From assembly GCA_030770535.1 (NCBI GenBank), contig JASVEC010000026.1, positions 620,001 through 684,000 of the forward strand: 64,000 nucleotides of DNA. The letters run 5' to 3'. Below, one piece after another: positions 51,108 to 63,489 of this stretch. The notes under the pieces were generated by a model that saw only the letters and a list, made by a program, of their open reading frames with translations, did not search any database and had not been told where the DNA came from. This stretch comes from Batkoa obscura. Lineage: Eukaryota. How positions within the stretch are numbered: the stretch's first letter is position 1; the number at the start of each line of letters is the position of its first letter. The position numbers and the translations under genes are program-made.

Positions 51108-53197
51108 ATGGACAAAGTAATTTATCGGGCTAATTATTAATTTAATTTAATTAACAAATCCTTAGGAAGTGGCGAACAATACTATATATATCAAAAATGC
51201 TATTACAAACTCAAAGCTACTACCGACTTATTTGAAAAAAAATAGAACATTTATGGATTGGCTAATCAAGAAAAATGTTGAAGAAAATAGTGATTACCAT
51301 AGTCTAAACTATTTCCCTACCTCTTTAAACTCAAAAGATAGTAACAACAACTTGCAAATTTCTCACTCTGGCCAAAGAGCGCTTTATACAGGTAATAGAT
51401 CTACTATACAAAGATTTCTGTCTGAGTTTTTAAGGTCCTGGGAATAGTGATACTGAAGTGGGATCAGTCCGTGCTGATTATACAATGCCACCTCAAAGTG
51501 GAATATATTATTTTGAAGTTGAAATCTTAGATAAAGGAAGAAAAGGGTAACAAAATAATATTTATTAATTTTAATTTAATTGCAGTTTTAGTCTTATAGG
51601 GATTGGTTTTTGTCAACAAACCGTAAGGCTAAATAGATTACCAGGTTTTTCAATCCGTTTTTGATTTATTCAAACTTATTTATGTTTAGGTTGGGAGCCT
51701 ACTTCTTGGGGTTATCATGGAGATGATGGATATACGTTCAATTGTACTGGCTCTGGAGCATCATATGGCCCAAAATTTACAAAAGATGATATTATAGGGT
51801 GTGGCGTTAATTTTTACGATAATACCGCCTTTTTTACTAAAAACGGGAGGTTTTTAGGTATGAACCTATTTTTTGTAATGATCTTTTTTAAACATTGTTA
51901 AAGGTAAAGCCTTTGAAAATATTTCTAATGAAATATACCCATGTGTGGGGTTAAGTACACCTAATGAAAAAGTAGGCATGAATTTTGGTTCAAGGCCTTT
52001 TAAATTTGATATAGAGTGCTATTACCAAGTAAGATTGACATCACATGCTTTTATTTATTCTAATACAATATGTAATTTAGGAACAAAAGAATTTATTATG
52101 GCAACAGATTAATAATGAGCATATTACATTGGACTTGTCTCAAGTCAAATTATCCCCTATCAAATCTTCTAGCATAAATTCACAAGAAAATCACGCAAAC
52201 CTTGAAGAAATTGCAGACCACACGACATCAGCAATTAACATTTTAATAACATCATATCTTGTACATCATGGCTACTCAAATACTGCAAGATGCTTCGCCA
52301 AAAACGCGCTAGGGATTGAAATTAATGAAGATAAATCAATGAATATGAAGAAAGAAATCGAAGAAAATAGTGTACAAAACCAAGTTGTGGAGAAAGTAAA
52401 GGCGGAATTAAGTAATGATAACAAAGAAGACATACTCAATCGACAAGGTAAAGTTTTTACGCATAAGTGTATTTGAAAGTATTAAAAGGTTTTTAGAATT
52501 AAGAAGTTTTATTTTAAAAGGAGATATTGATTCTGCTTTTCAATTAATTGATGATAGATATTCCAAATTATTCAACGATCATCCTGATTTAAAGTTTCAA
52601 ATGAGTTGCCAAAAATTCGTAGAAATGATCATTGAACTTGAAGAACTAGCAAAACGTGAACAGGGTAATACTGATGATATACCTGATTCCGAAATGGTAT
52701 CCCCAATCTCGGATAAAAGAAAACGTCAAACAAACGATCATGACGGGTTGGCTTCAAAGACAACCATAAGGAAAAGTAAAGTTGAAGCTATTCTTTCTTT
52801 TGGTCAACAATTGGAAGAAATGTTTGGCGAGGAAGAGTCAAATACTGAGCTCCTTCAAGTACATCAAAGATTATTTGATTTTTGAAAATATTTTAACCAT
52901 TTCAATAGGAAATATTTTCTTTACTCGCATATCAGGTACCTTCTAATAGCGCATCATCTTATGTTATGGATGTAAAGAGAAGAGAATACTTGGTCAATGA
53001 AGTTATAGGAGCAATTTTTGGTAAGGAACTCGTATTGTTTTCAATATATCTTTACTTAGATTTTAGTTTCTCAAAATAGGCCACCAGTTCCGCCGCTTGA
53101 AGTAATTTATCGTCACGCCAGCGTTATAACTGAATGTATGGCAGAAAATGATCTTGGTGACTCAGGGTTCATTTCGATAGCTGATGATATTTTGTAA
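51108..53197 (+). CDS. RanBPM/RanBP9-10/Gid1-like SPRY-LisH-CTLH-CRA protein, multi-exon
   Basis: GSVRADY.MPPQSGIYYFEVEI, IGIGF...LNRLPGWEPTSWGYHGDDG, YGPKF..DIIGCGVNF, LITSYLVHHGYSNTA (LisH), GDIDSA...LKFQMSCQKFVEMI (CTLH), FSLLAY (CRA); 9-nt first exon inferred. Confidence 0.92.
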
Positions 53198-53410
53198 TGT
53201 ATTGATATTAATTTTATTTTGGGTAATAAATGTTTTTTGAGCATAAATTTTACTCTATTTGAGATAAAAATCAAGAATACTATCAGTTTTAATTTGTGTC
53301 TAAGTAATGTGTGTTTACAACTTATTTTAATATATATTATATTGAGCTTGAATTAATTTTTGAAATTAATTAGTACAAAATAAGTTTTTTAATCAAATAT
53401 TCAATTCTTA

Positions 53411-54715
53411 ATGAATTTAACAATTGGATTTCGAGTTCCCAAAGGTTTAGAAGACATAAGTTTATCAGAAATCAATGAAAAAGTGAGCCCATTGATATTT
53501 CCCATAGCATCAACAAGTGAATTTAAAATTCAAAGTACAATTGGCTTGATTATACTTCAAATAGATATCTCAGATCAAGAAATCATTTATTTACTTTGGG
53601 AAAGGATTGAAAGTTTACAGCTGTATTCAGTTGAAGCAATAGGTTTAATAATTAAAACGATTGAAATACATAGGCATATATATTTAGAACAAAGCGAATC
53701 AAAGGAAGATAGTGACTTTTCGATATTATTAAAGCAATCTTTAGACGGCATTACACTGCAAGATTGGGCAGTTTATTTCAAAACCCTAAAACTAAAGGAT
53801 AAAGAAACTTTATTTCGAGTTTCAGTTGATAAAAATAATTTTAAGCATCCTAATTTAAAGTCACAGGATATTGCTGGATTGATTGGATTTTCCGCTTTAA
53901 ACTCTAATCAAATTAATTTTACTGATTTAAAGGTTGACTTGAAGCATCATCAACTTAACATTTCAGCTGATTTGGTTCGAACAAGCTCTTCAGATGGGTA
54001 TTTAACTTTAGTTTTAGGGATCACTAACACAAAACTAAATTTAAATAATGGCTCTTATTTACGAAGAAACCGAATCGAATCTGGCAGAACTTCAATAAAG
54101 CCAACTATTGCTTACTGCTTATCCCGTTATGCAGGTATAAAGTCAGGGGACATAGTTCTAGATCCATGCTGTGGGGTAGGTACTATACCTATAGAAGCAA
54201 GCTGTTCTTACCAACCACAAGCTTATTATTTAGCTGGAGATATTGAAGAGTCTTCGATTTACTCAAAAGCTTGCATGAATATTAAATATTCGAAAGTTAA
54301 AAATGTAGAATTAATACAGTGGAACTCAAAGTCCTTACCGATTAAATCGAACTTTGTTGATAAAGTCATATCAGGTAGCTTTTTATATTAAAATAGAATC
54401 AGGTTTAAAACTATTTTAGATCTCCCTTGGGGAATGAGAGAAGGTAACTTTGAATAAAGTTCAAGGAACTTTTAATTATTTATTATAGGCTCACGTAATA
54501 TGTGCTCAAAATTATATCCTAAACTTATGAAAGAGTTATCTAGAATAGTTAAAGTTGGTGGAAGAGCGTTTCTGGTAACTTTAGATCATCCGCTTTTAAA
54601 ACGATGTTTAGAGTATGACCATATAAAGGTATGCTGGAAGATTACAGAAGTAAAAACTATTAAAATCGGATTCGAGGTAAAGTTATTTTGCTTAGAAAGA
54701 ATAAGTAGTACATAG
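53411..54715 (+). CDS. THUMP-domain RNA methyltransferase (THUMPD2/3-like, UPF0020), 3 exons
   Basis: FRVS...VDLKH (THUMP); TSIKPTIAY, VLDPCCGVGTIPIEA (SAM motif I); micro-exon ~54420-54443 supplies DLPWG (motif IV). Confidence 0.85.
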
Positions 54716-55072
54716 AATAAAACGTATTTAAATATATCAGATGGTATTACTTTTAAAGTCCATTTCTATACACTTAAAATGTTTCCAAAGTTAGCACGAG
54801 CTAATAAACCTGACGCTTTTCAAAAGGCTATAAAAAACATTTAACAATATTTGATAATAAATATCTAGATGCCGAAAAAAAGTATGTCTTTAATTTTCTA
54901 ACTAGAATCTCGCTATAAACTTTTTGATAATTAACACCCTGTATTACATAACTGTTCACATCAATGTAACTACATACATGTATGCATAGATATACATTTC
55001 TTGATAATATAACTTGAAATCGAAAATCGAAAGCAAAGTACATATTATCAATAAAAACACTTAAATTTCACT

Positions 55073-55179
55073 ATATGGAGATATATTTTTGTGTTTAAGA
55101 ATTTTATTAATAATTTTTCCGCTCAAATAGCGCTTAAAAGATGGAAAAAGTGATGAAGCCAAAAAAAACACCCCCATAT
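55073..55179 (-). mobile_element. MITE family A copy
   Basis: Reverse-complement copy with ATAT flanks. Confidence 0.88.
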
Positions 55180-55629
55180 GAATACCATTGATTGTATTAA
55201 TCGTATTTAATGACTTAAGCTTTTGAGGTGGTTTATATTTGAATTAACTAGTTATTTATAACAAATTTAAACGAGTATATATAAATAGCTCGATGTATTA
55301 CATTCAGGTTCATACACCCCATTGTGTACTTGATTTCAATTGGACACACTAGTTATCTCCTTTCTTATTCATATAGTCTTCTGAAATGAATATAGCTAAT
55401 AGATTTAAAAGAAATACTCAATCTATTTTTGAATCAATTTATTACTTTATATTTTGAAAGATTAGAGGGAAGAAGGTTGGATGAAGAGTATAAACAATTT
55501 GAGATAAGTATAAATACCTAGATGAATCTAAATATCATAGAATATGATTGGTAAGTAAATTGTTATAGTTAAATTACAAGAATAGACTAAAGGCTCTCGC
55601 CAGCTTATATTCGTAATAAAAAAGGTATT

Positions 55630-56164
55630 TTATGGTGCATGCAACTCCCGCAAAAACATTGTATCTGATTCATTACTACGTTGCGCAAAATTTTGACTAT
55701 TCTCTAACTTTTGACGGAACCTTGTTGTTGGCTATAAAATTGTTAATAAAAATAAATTGAATTAATATAAAACATACTGAAAACTTCCATTTACGCAAAA
55801 TAAATATCCCTATTAATACAACAACTACTACCACACCAATACCTATACCTGCGTTTTTTAACGTTTCTAATCCTGGATCTGCTGCTTTTGAGTTATAACC
55901 TTCCAATACACGTCCTTTAGTATCTACAAAAACTGTCGATACAATAGTGTAAATATCTTCGTCTATAGATGCTACAGATGTCACTGTTTCTGTTTTTATT
56001 CCGCCTGCAGCCTCTTCTACAGCCTTTGCAAGATGTTCAGTGGGAAAGGCTTTATGAACGATTTTGACATCTGTGGGCGCCTGATCTAAAGTTTTAGAAG
56101 GCAGGTCTTGAGCCTTCTGACAAACAACAATATAAATAAAATAGATTAAGAGATAGATTTTCAT
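55630..56164 (-). CDS. Small type-I membrane protein (signal peptide, one TM, basic tail), 2 exons
   Basis: MKIYLLIYFIYIVVC signal; TM GIGIGVVVVVVLIGIFIL-RKWKFS; after the intron PTTRFRQKL...DTMFLRELHAP*. Confidence 0.7.
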
Positions 56165-57292
56165 TTATTATATAGAGATGATCAAGCTGATAATAATTTT
56201 TTCAAAAAGGTTAACTTAAGTCAATTAGTTGAAGATAAAAAAACAGATAATGTTCCATATGAACGTTGGAATTTTGAATAGATTTATGCCATATTGCTTT
56301 ATTTGTGTCCCTAAATGAGTAAACCAGCCAATTAAATTGATGGGATAAGGTGGGATTTAACGATTTTTTTCCTCACATTTTTGTCAAACAATTTAACTAA
56401 TAATTAAAATGTTAATTTCTTGGCATGCTTTAAAATATTAGCAAGGTGATATTGTTCTAACAAAAGAGAGTTTAGCTATTATAACCAACTTGCTAGAATG
56501 ATATTATTTAACATTTTAGACTTCAAACTATATAAAGTATCAAACTATATAAAGTATCAAACATTATAACTCAAAAACTTATTTTCATAAAGAAAAATCT
56601 AGTAATCAAAAAATGTTCCTAAATCAAATCAATGAAGTAATTTAATTAAATTTGACTTTACTAAAATTCGACCTTGTTATGATATATCGACTTTTAGCTA
56701 CTATTTAAATACTTTATAACCTAAAACGCTTTGTGTAATGACAAGAGCACTTATTTTTTTTAGTTAAAGTATCTTTAAATTATAGTAATGCTCTATCACA
56801 ATGTCTAAGAAAAATAAAATATTTCATATTACACAAACTATAGGCTTTTATAGTATCAAACATATATCAAATATTATATTAAAATGTAAGACCTTGATGA
56901 CTTTAATATTCATTTTTGTATTAAATGCTTTAACCGTTAAAAAAACTGTACCATAGCTTTATCAAGTATCAAATTTGTAAGACAAATATGTTTATAACCA
57001 GACTGATGACCTTTTTTAAATAAAATAAAAAAACCTATAAACAACAACTCATTTTAACTTATGTGAAGATTTTGGCAAATGGACCCATATTATTCACAAA
57101 GATACGTTAGTGATATTTGGTACCATCTGACCTTAAAATTCTAAAGAAAAACTTATTATTACAATTTATTCATCTAATGCTTTATTAAAATAGATATAAT
57201 GGCTTCCGTTGAGTACTTATAATTACAAACGTAAAATAACATTTAAAACATATTGATAAAACTTTACAGAGATAACCAATTTCATTAAATTA

Positions 57293-58524
57293 TTATTTTA
57301 AAAATATCACAATGTTTGTTACATTGTCATCGATTTGTTTTTTACCTAAATGTTTAAGTGATTTGTTCGCTAAGTTTTCGGAAGCTTCTGCTTCATTAGA
57401 ATATTTACAAGCAATTTGAATCACTTTTTCATTCGGCAATGCATCCCAAACTCCATCGGTTGCTAAAATTAAGGCTTTATCATCCGCTGTTATTTTATAA
57501 TGAAATATTTCGGGCTCCCATATCAGCCCGACTTTCCTTGCTATTTGAAATTATTATGCTTTGTTTTATACTTTTTTATGATAACCTTACCTGATACATC
57601 ACCAAATGCTCTTGTCATTACTAAACTATAAAGTACTTAATTTAAAGAATATAGAATAAAATAAAAGTACCCTGGATAAGGTAGAGTGCCCTTGTAAAGC
57701 CTAAAAGGGGCTAAAAACATTATGTCAAATCTTTATCAGAGTTAAATTAGTTTACCGTCCGGTGCATTGTGATCTGGAGATACAGCCACTCTAGCCCCTG
57801 ATTTTTCAACACGATTCCTTTCTTCAATATCAGAGCATGTATGATCCCTTTTGATTTCATAAATAAGACCCGTATCGTTTTTAAAACAAAAATAAATTAC
57901 CTAGTTAATACTACGCATTTATAAGAAGTAGAAGCTTCTTTCTTGAAAGTTCTTCCTAGTATTGCTCGGCAATCACCAAGGTTAGCTACCCATATTTCAA
58001 TTTCATTTAAAACTACAACGACTGCTGTAGTTCCACTCATATAAAGATCCATCTGAACATCCTCCTCTAAAAGCTCTCCTATATCTTGGAATAAATTATG
58101 TAGCGTAGTGCGTGGGTCTTTAATAAACGCCTCTTTTCTCCTACTTATTAATTCTTTTAACCGCTTTTTTGCTCCTTTTGAAGCTTTTGCGCCCTAATTA
58201 CGAAAAAAACAATGTTAATTATTTTTGATTGGATATTTAGCCGTTTAGCTTTATTTTTAAAGAGTTCATCTATCTCGGTTAATTGAGTAGAAACTTACAT
58301 CTTTGCCATGACCGTCAAATACTGCATATAAAGCATAGCTTTTATCTCCAAAAACATTGTTATCAATCAAATAATCGTCTTGCTAAAAATAAGAATAAAA
58401 ATCAAATTGTCTTTGATAAAATAGCTGTGTGTTATGATATAAGTTTAAAAATAAACAAATTGATTCTTACCTGAGATTCTCTATTTCCAATTAAACTAGT
58501 TGCCTGACCATGATAATCCACCAT
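57293..58524 (-). CDS. PP2C/PPM Ser/Thr phosphatase, ~7 exons (missed by ORF track)
   Basis: Spliced translation GNRESQQD, AVFDGHG, SGTTA, VANLGDCRA, RDH, MTRAFGD, EPEI, LILATDGVWD, DDNVT. Confidence 0.92.
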
Positions 58525-59127
58525 AATTTATAGATAAACTATTTTGAAATATATAGATAAACAAAAAAACAATTTTTTAATAAACACTTTTAATTTTTTA
58601 TGAATTTGTGGCGTATTAACAATTTTGGTAATTGTAGGGTTAAATTGACCCAATGTAGATTATAGTAGGTTTATTCTTTTTGGCAATCCATGTTTTTTGT
58701 TGCAGCGGCTGCAGCTTGCTTACGACTTCACTAATTGTTCATTTAGGGTAAAAATTTTACTAAAATCAAGCAAAGATATATAAATTAGGCATTAAGAAAA
58801 CCAAATATGTAGATCACTAACTCTAAAGCTTACCGCAAATTAGATTGAAATAGACTTACAGCAGCTATAAAGAACTAAAAACTCTCTGGGCATAAAGATA
58901 AACTTTGTGTCTGGAGTAATTTAGTAAAGAATTATTGGCGGAAAAAATAAATTGGAAGGAATAGAATAATGAACACAAACAATAGCAATTCTTAAAGTCT
59001 TTTATGGTTATAAGTTTGAGCAATAATGTTCCATGTATAGGATGCAAACATGATTTTCATGAAAAAGGCTCTTAGGTAAGTGATAAATGGCTCCGATTGA
59101 TTATGTTAAGGATCAGGATTATATAAA

Positions 59128-59234
59128 ATATGGGGGTGTTTTTTTTGGTTTCATTATTTTTTCCATTTTTTAAGCGCTATTTGAGCGCAAAGACTGTTAC
59201 TAAAATTATTAAACAAAAAAATACATCCCCATAT
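59128..59234 (+). mobile_element. MITE family A copy
   Basis: Both TIRs, ATAT flanks. Confidence 0.88.
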
Positions 59235-59673
59235 AAACTATTGAAAACACACATCCTTACTATTAATTTAGGTAACCCAGACAAAATATTGTAACTCTAT
59301 ACAAGATACTAGTTTTCATATTTCAACTCAATTCACTTTCAAACAGATTTTTAGAGCAAATCCTCTTTGCTCTGAGCTTCTATTTAAATGGTACTATGAG
59401 GCATTGATTGAACACAGATGAGCTATAAAATATCAATCAATATCAAAGTAGTAAATAAGACTTAGAGTAAAGTCCAACATAAGGTGAAAACTGTCCAATT
59501 GTTAATAATAATTAATTTAACATTATATACTAAATTCATTTTAAAACAGTCAATAAAGTTGTATTAATTTAACTAGTATTTAATGACATCAAAAATTATA
59601 AAATAAATAATTAGTAAAGCTAATATAAGGTTAATAAAAGATAAAAATTTATTTATTTAATATAAATACATCT

Positions 59674-60645
59674 CTATTTAAAGAAGTTAAGTAATTTGTT
59701 TGATTTTAGAGATGTACAAAAAGTAGATAAAGTATTGGAGCAAGACGAGACTTTCCCATAATTAGTTTTAACAACATCGAGGACTGAAGTAGATTTGAAA
59801 TTATTTACTAAATCATTATGATTACTTGGTAGCTTAATATCACCTAATTCGATATCTTTACGAAGATAATATGATATTTTACCAAAGAAATCGATATTTG
59901 GATTATCTAAAACTTTTTGTACCTCATCTAACGAAATATGAGTTGCTTTAAACTTTTTACCAGTAACTTTGGTAATATCCTTTAATATCTTATTGATAGT
60001 TGTATTTTCACCAACAATATTTACGGTGGTGTTCTTAAAAATTGATAAATAATAAGTTTGATAAACAAATTTAGCTATATCATTTAAACTAGTTACTGTG
60101 AATTGAGTATCTCCTTTACCAACAATTTGAGCCTTAGAATTCTTAATATCAATACCATAAAAATCAGTAATAATATGTTGAATAAAAAAACCGTTGGTAT
60201 AATAAATATAGTTTAAACCAGATTCTTTGATTTGATTTCGAATTTCAATTTTTTGTAGAAATAACGGATTAGTTTTACCCTCAACTTCACTACCGAATTC
60301 GGATGGTATAAATAATTTGATCTTGGAACTGACGGCTGCTTTAATCAAATTGCTTTGTATAGTTGATAATCCTTCACTACCTATGGTTGAAATAACGACA
60401 TCAATTCCTTTGAAAGCTTCATTTAGATTGTCTATATTATCATAGTTAACTGGATAAATTGTTGCGTTATTAGATTTATATTCGGATAGTAAGCCGCCCT
60501 TATTGTTACTTCCTTTCCTGGTAATGATTCTTACGTTAACTTGTTGATGTTTAAGAAATTCTCTAACAATATATTTTCCAAGCTCACCAGTACCACCTAC
60601 AATAGCTACGTTCTTATACTCTTTTGGAATGATGTTTAAAGTCAT
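59674..60645 (-). CDS. NmrA/isoflavone-reductase-like NAD(P)-binding protein, copy 1
   Basis: VAIVGGTGELG Rossmann motif, GIDVVIS, Q.NLIKAA, FIPSEFG, K..I, NGFF. Confidence 0.92.
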   Translation of the reverse strand: MTLNIIPKEYKNVAIVGGTGELGKYIVREFLKHQQVNVRIITRKGSNNKGGLLSEYKSNNATIYPVNYDNIDNLNEAFKGIDVVISTIGSEGLSTIQSNLIKAAVSSKIKLFIPSEFGSEVEGKTNPLFLQKIEIRNQIKESGLNYIYYTNGFFIQHIITDFYGIDIKNSKAQIVGKGDTQFTVTSLNDIAKFVYQTYYLSIFKNTTVNIVGENTTINKILKDITKVTGKKFKATHISLDEVQKVLDNPNIDFFGKISYYLRKDIELGDIKLPSNHNDLVNNFKSTSVLDVVKTNYGKVSSCSNTLSTFCTSLKSNKLLNFFK

Positions 60646-60779
60646 TTTTAATGTTTTGATTTATTTGATTAATGATTTGTTTTATAAGTTTAATTAATTT
60701 CTACAGCTATTTATATCATTTTATGCTATTACAATTATTAATTCAATATTTCAATTTAAAACGAATTTTTTAAGACTAT

Positions 60780-60882
60780 ATCTGGGGGTGTTTTTTTTAG
60801 CTTCACTTTTTTTATTTTTAAGTGTTATTTGAGCAGAAAGATTGTTAGTAAAATTCTTAAACAAAAAAATAAATCCCCATAT
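60780..60882 (+). mobile_element. MITE family A copy in the NmrA palindrome spacer
   Basis: TGGGGGTGTTTTTTTTAGCTTCAC...AAATCCCCATAT; ~60 bp from the left-arm boundary. Confidence 0.8.
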
Positions 60883-61738
60883 TTTAAGTTTAAAATAACT
60901 CATTTAACAATGCATAAATTTATTTAAACATATATCATAAGCTATGAGTTTTAGACTGCTTATTAAACTACCTTTTTATAATATCAAATAAATAATAAAA
61001 TCATAAACAATTAACACCTAGGATTTAACATAAACCACTTTACACCTTTAAATTCTGTGAATTAATTTATATTATTAACCGAGCTATCTTAAGAACAAAA
61101 TACCCGAACAATTTTAAACGAAATTGTATATTTAGATTGAAGTATATTTTGATTATGAATTGCTTTATTCTATAAGATCAAATATAATATCATAATTCCA
61201 TATAGTTACACTGCTTAACGGTACACATTAGTAATAATATTTAGTATACTATTACTAATAAAATCATCTATTTTATATAGTTGAAACACCGAATTATGCT
61301 ATTAAAAAAGAGGCTTTAAAAAATAAGTAAAACTCATACAGCTACTGCAACTTTGTTGCGTCCTAATTTGCAGTAATTTTAAAAGCCAGTTGTTTGTCTG
61401 TTTGGTTTTTCAAAGCTTAACCTTTAGATTTTGTTTGATTTAGCAAAACTGTAATCTAATCTTAAATAAATAGTTAAATAGGTCGTAATAGTATTATAGC
61501 AGCTGTAAAATTATCTTCGGTTATTTTATTATTACTAAGCTTAAACTAATTAGTAATCTTAGCATTAAATTTAAGAATAATTGTAATTTTAAAAAAAATA
61601 AGTTCAGAGTTTCAATAAGAAATTAATAATATACAGTTGTTAAGAATTATCAGCAATAGAAGATGATATAAATAGCTGTAGAAATTAATTAAACTTTTAT
61701 AAAACAAATCATTAATCAAATAAATCAAAACATTAAAA

Positions 61739-62710
61739 ATGACTTTAAACATCATTCCAAAAGAGTATAAGAACGTAGCTATTGTAGGTGGTACTGGTGA
61801 GCTTGGAAAATATATTGTTAGAGAATTTCTTAAACATCAACAAGTTAACGTAAGAATCATTACCAGGAAAGGAAGTAACAATAAGGGCGGCTTACTATCC
61901 GAATATAAATCTAATAACGCAACAATTTATCCAGTTAACTATGATAATATAGACAATCTAAATGAAGCTTTCAAAGGAATTGATGTCGTTATTTCAACCA
62001 TAGGTAGTGAAGGATTATCAACTATACAAAGCAATTTGATTAAAGCAGCCGTCAGTTCCAAGATCAAATTATTTATACCATCCGAATTCGGTAGTGAAGT
62101 TGAGGGTAAAACTAATCCGTTATTTCTACAAAAAATTGAAATTCGAAATCAAATCAAAGAATCTGGTTTAAACTATATTTATTATACCAACGGTTTTTTT
62201 ATTCAACATATTATTACTGATTTTTATGGTATTGATATTAAGAATTCTAAGGCTCAAATTGTTGGTAAAGGAGATACTCAATTCACAGTAACTAGTTTAA
62301 ATGATATAGCTAAATTTGTTTATCAAACTTATTATTTATCAATTTTTAAGAACACCACCGTAAATATTGTTGGTGAAAATACAACTATCAATAAGATATT
62401 AAAGGATATTACCAAAGTTACTGGTAAAAAGTTTAAAGCAACTCATATTTCGTTAGATGAGGTACAAAAAGTTTTAGATAATCCAAATATCGATTTCTTT
62501 GGTAAAATATCATATTATCTTCGTAAAGATATCGAATTAGGTGATATTAAGCTACCAAGTAATCATAATGATTTAGTAAATAATTTCAAATCTACTTCAG
62601 TCCTCGATGTTGTTAAAACTAATTATGGGAAAGTCTCGTCTTGCTCCAATACTTTATCTACTTTTTGTACATCTCTAAAATCAAACAAATTACTTAACTT
62701 CTTTAAATAG
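61739..62710 (+). CDS. NmrA/isoflavone-reductase-like protein, copy 2 (identical protein to copy 1)
   Basis: Translation identical to 59674-60645. Confidence 0.92.
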   Translation: MTLNIIPKEYKNVAIVGGTGELGKYIVREFLKHQQVNVRIITRKGSNNKGGLLSEYKSNNATIYPVNYDNIDNLNEAFKGIDVVISTIGSEGLSTIQSNLIKAAVSSKIKLFIPSEFGSEVEGKTNPLFLQKIEIRNQIKESGLNYIYYTNGFFIQHIITDFYGIDIKNSKAQIVGKGDTQFTVTSLNDIAKFVYQTYYLSIFKNTTVNIVGENTTINKILKDITKVTGKKFKATHISLDEVQKVLDNPNIDFFGKISYYLRKDIELGDIKLPSNHNDLVNNFKSTSVLDVVKTNYGKVSSCSNTLSTFCTSLKSNKLLNFFK

Positions 62711-63069
62711 AGATGTATTTATATTAAATAAATAAATTTTTATCTTTAGAATTTCAATGTTATTTTTGCTAAATACTAATTTACAAATATTACTTTAAGA
62801 CTATAGCAGGATAAACTCTATTATGTTATATATGAAGCTAAATTAAATCAATAGTTAATCGGTTCTTATTCTGTGATAAACATAATTTTTAATTAAATCC
62901 TTTATTCATTTTAGATTATTTGTATATTATACATTTAAAATAATTCTAATAAAGTATTAATTATTAAGGGATGAAAACTTATAAATTTTTTAAAAAAACC
63001 CTGTTAATTTATCTTTATTTTGAGCAATTATAAAAATAATATCGATCTATAAAGGAGACGGTATAGCAA

Positions 63070-63489
63070 ATTCTTTTTCAAAATAAGCCTGCCTACTTTT
63101 CCATCATTATGAATGATTTTAACTTGGCTATCAAACATTCTTATTAAACAAGGTTCCAAATCAATTGTAATACACTTCTTTAATATCAAGTACTGACTAA
63201 ACTGATGAGTGGTATTTAATACTATCTGATGATTTAAATGTTTAGTGTCCTCTGGTAAAAAAGATTCCATTGTAAAGAAATATAATAGACACCAAAAAAG
63301 GTTTTAACCTTCTAATGTTCCATAAATTTTATTATCAAAAGTATAGTAAGACACTTGATTACAAACTAAATAAAAGGATTGAGCATTAACTTCCGATAAA
63401 TGAGCATAACTAGGCACATATCTTTTTACGATTTATAACTTAGTGTTATCAGTTAAAATAGCTTCTGGATGTTTATCATAATTTAATAT
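63070..63489 (-). pseudogene. Arylamine N-acetyltransferase pseudogene fragment (C-terminal half)
   Basis: ILNYDKHPEAILTDNTKL*IVKRYVPSYAHLSEVNAQSFYLVC...YGTLEG*NLFW..FFTMESFLPED...KIIHNDGKVGRLILK aligns to the gene at 49153; two in-frame stops; homology lost at the 3' end. Confidence 0.88.

Larger units (their letters stand above)
59637..62747. repeat. Inverted duplication: arms 59637-60719 and 61663-62747 with ~940-bp spacer
   Basis: The arms encode identical 323-aa proteins; the only difference I saw in the flanks is a 2-bp indel in the 5' UTR. Confidence 0.92.
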
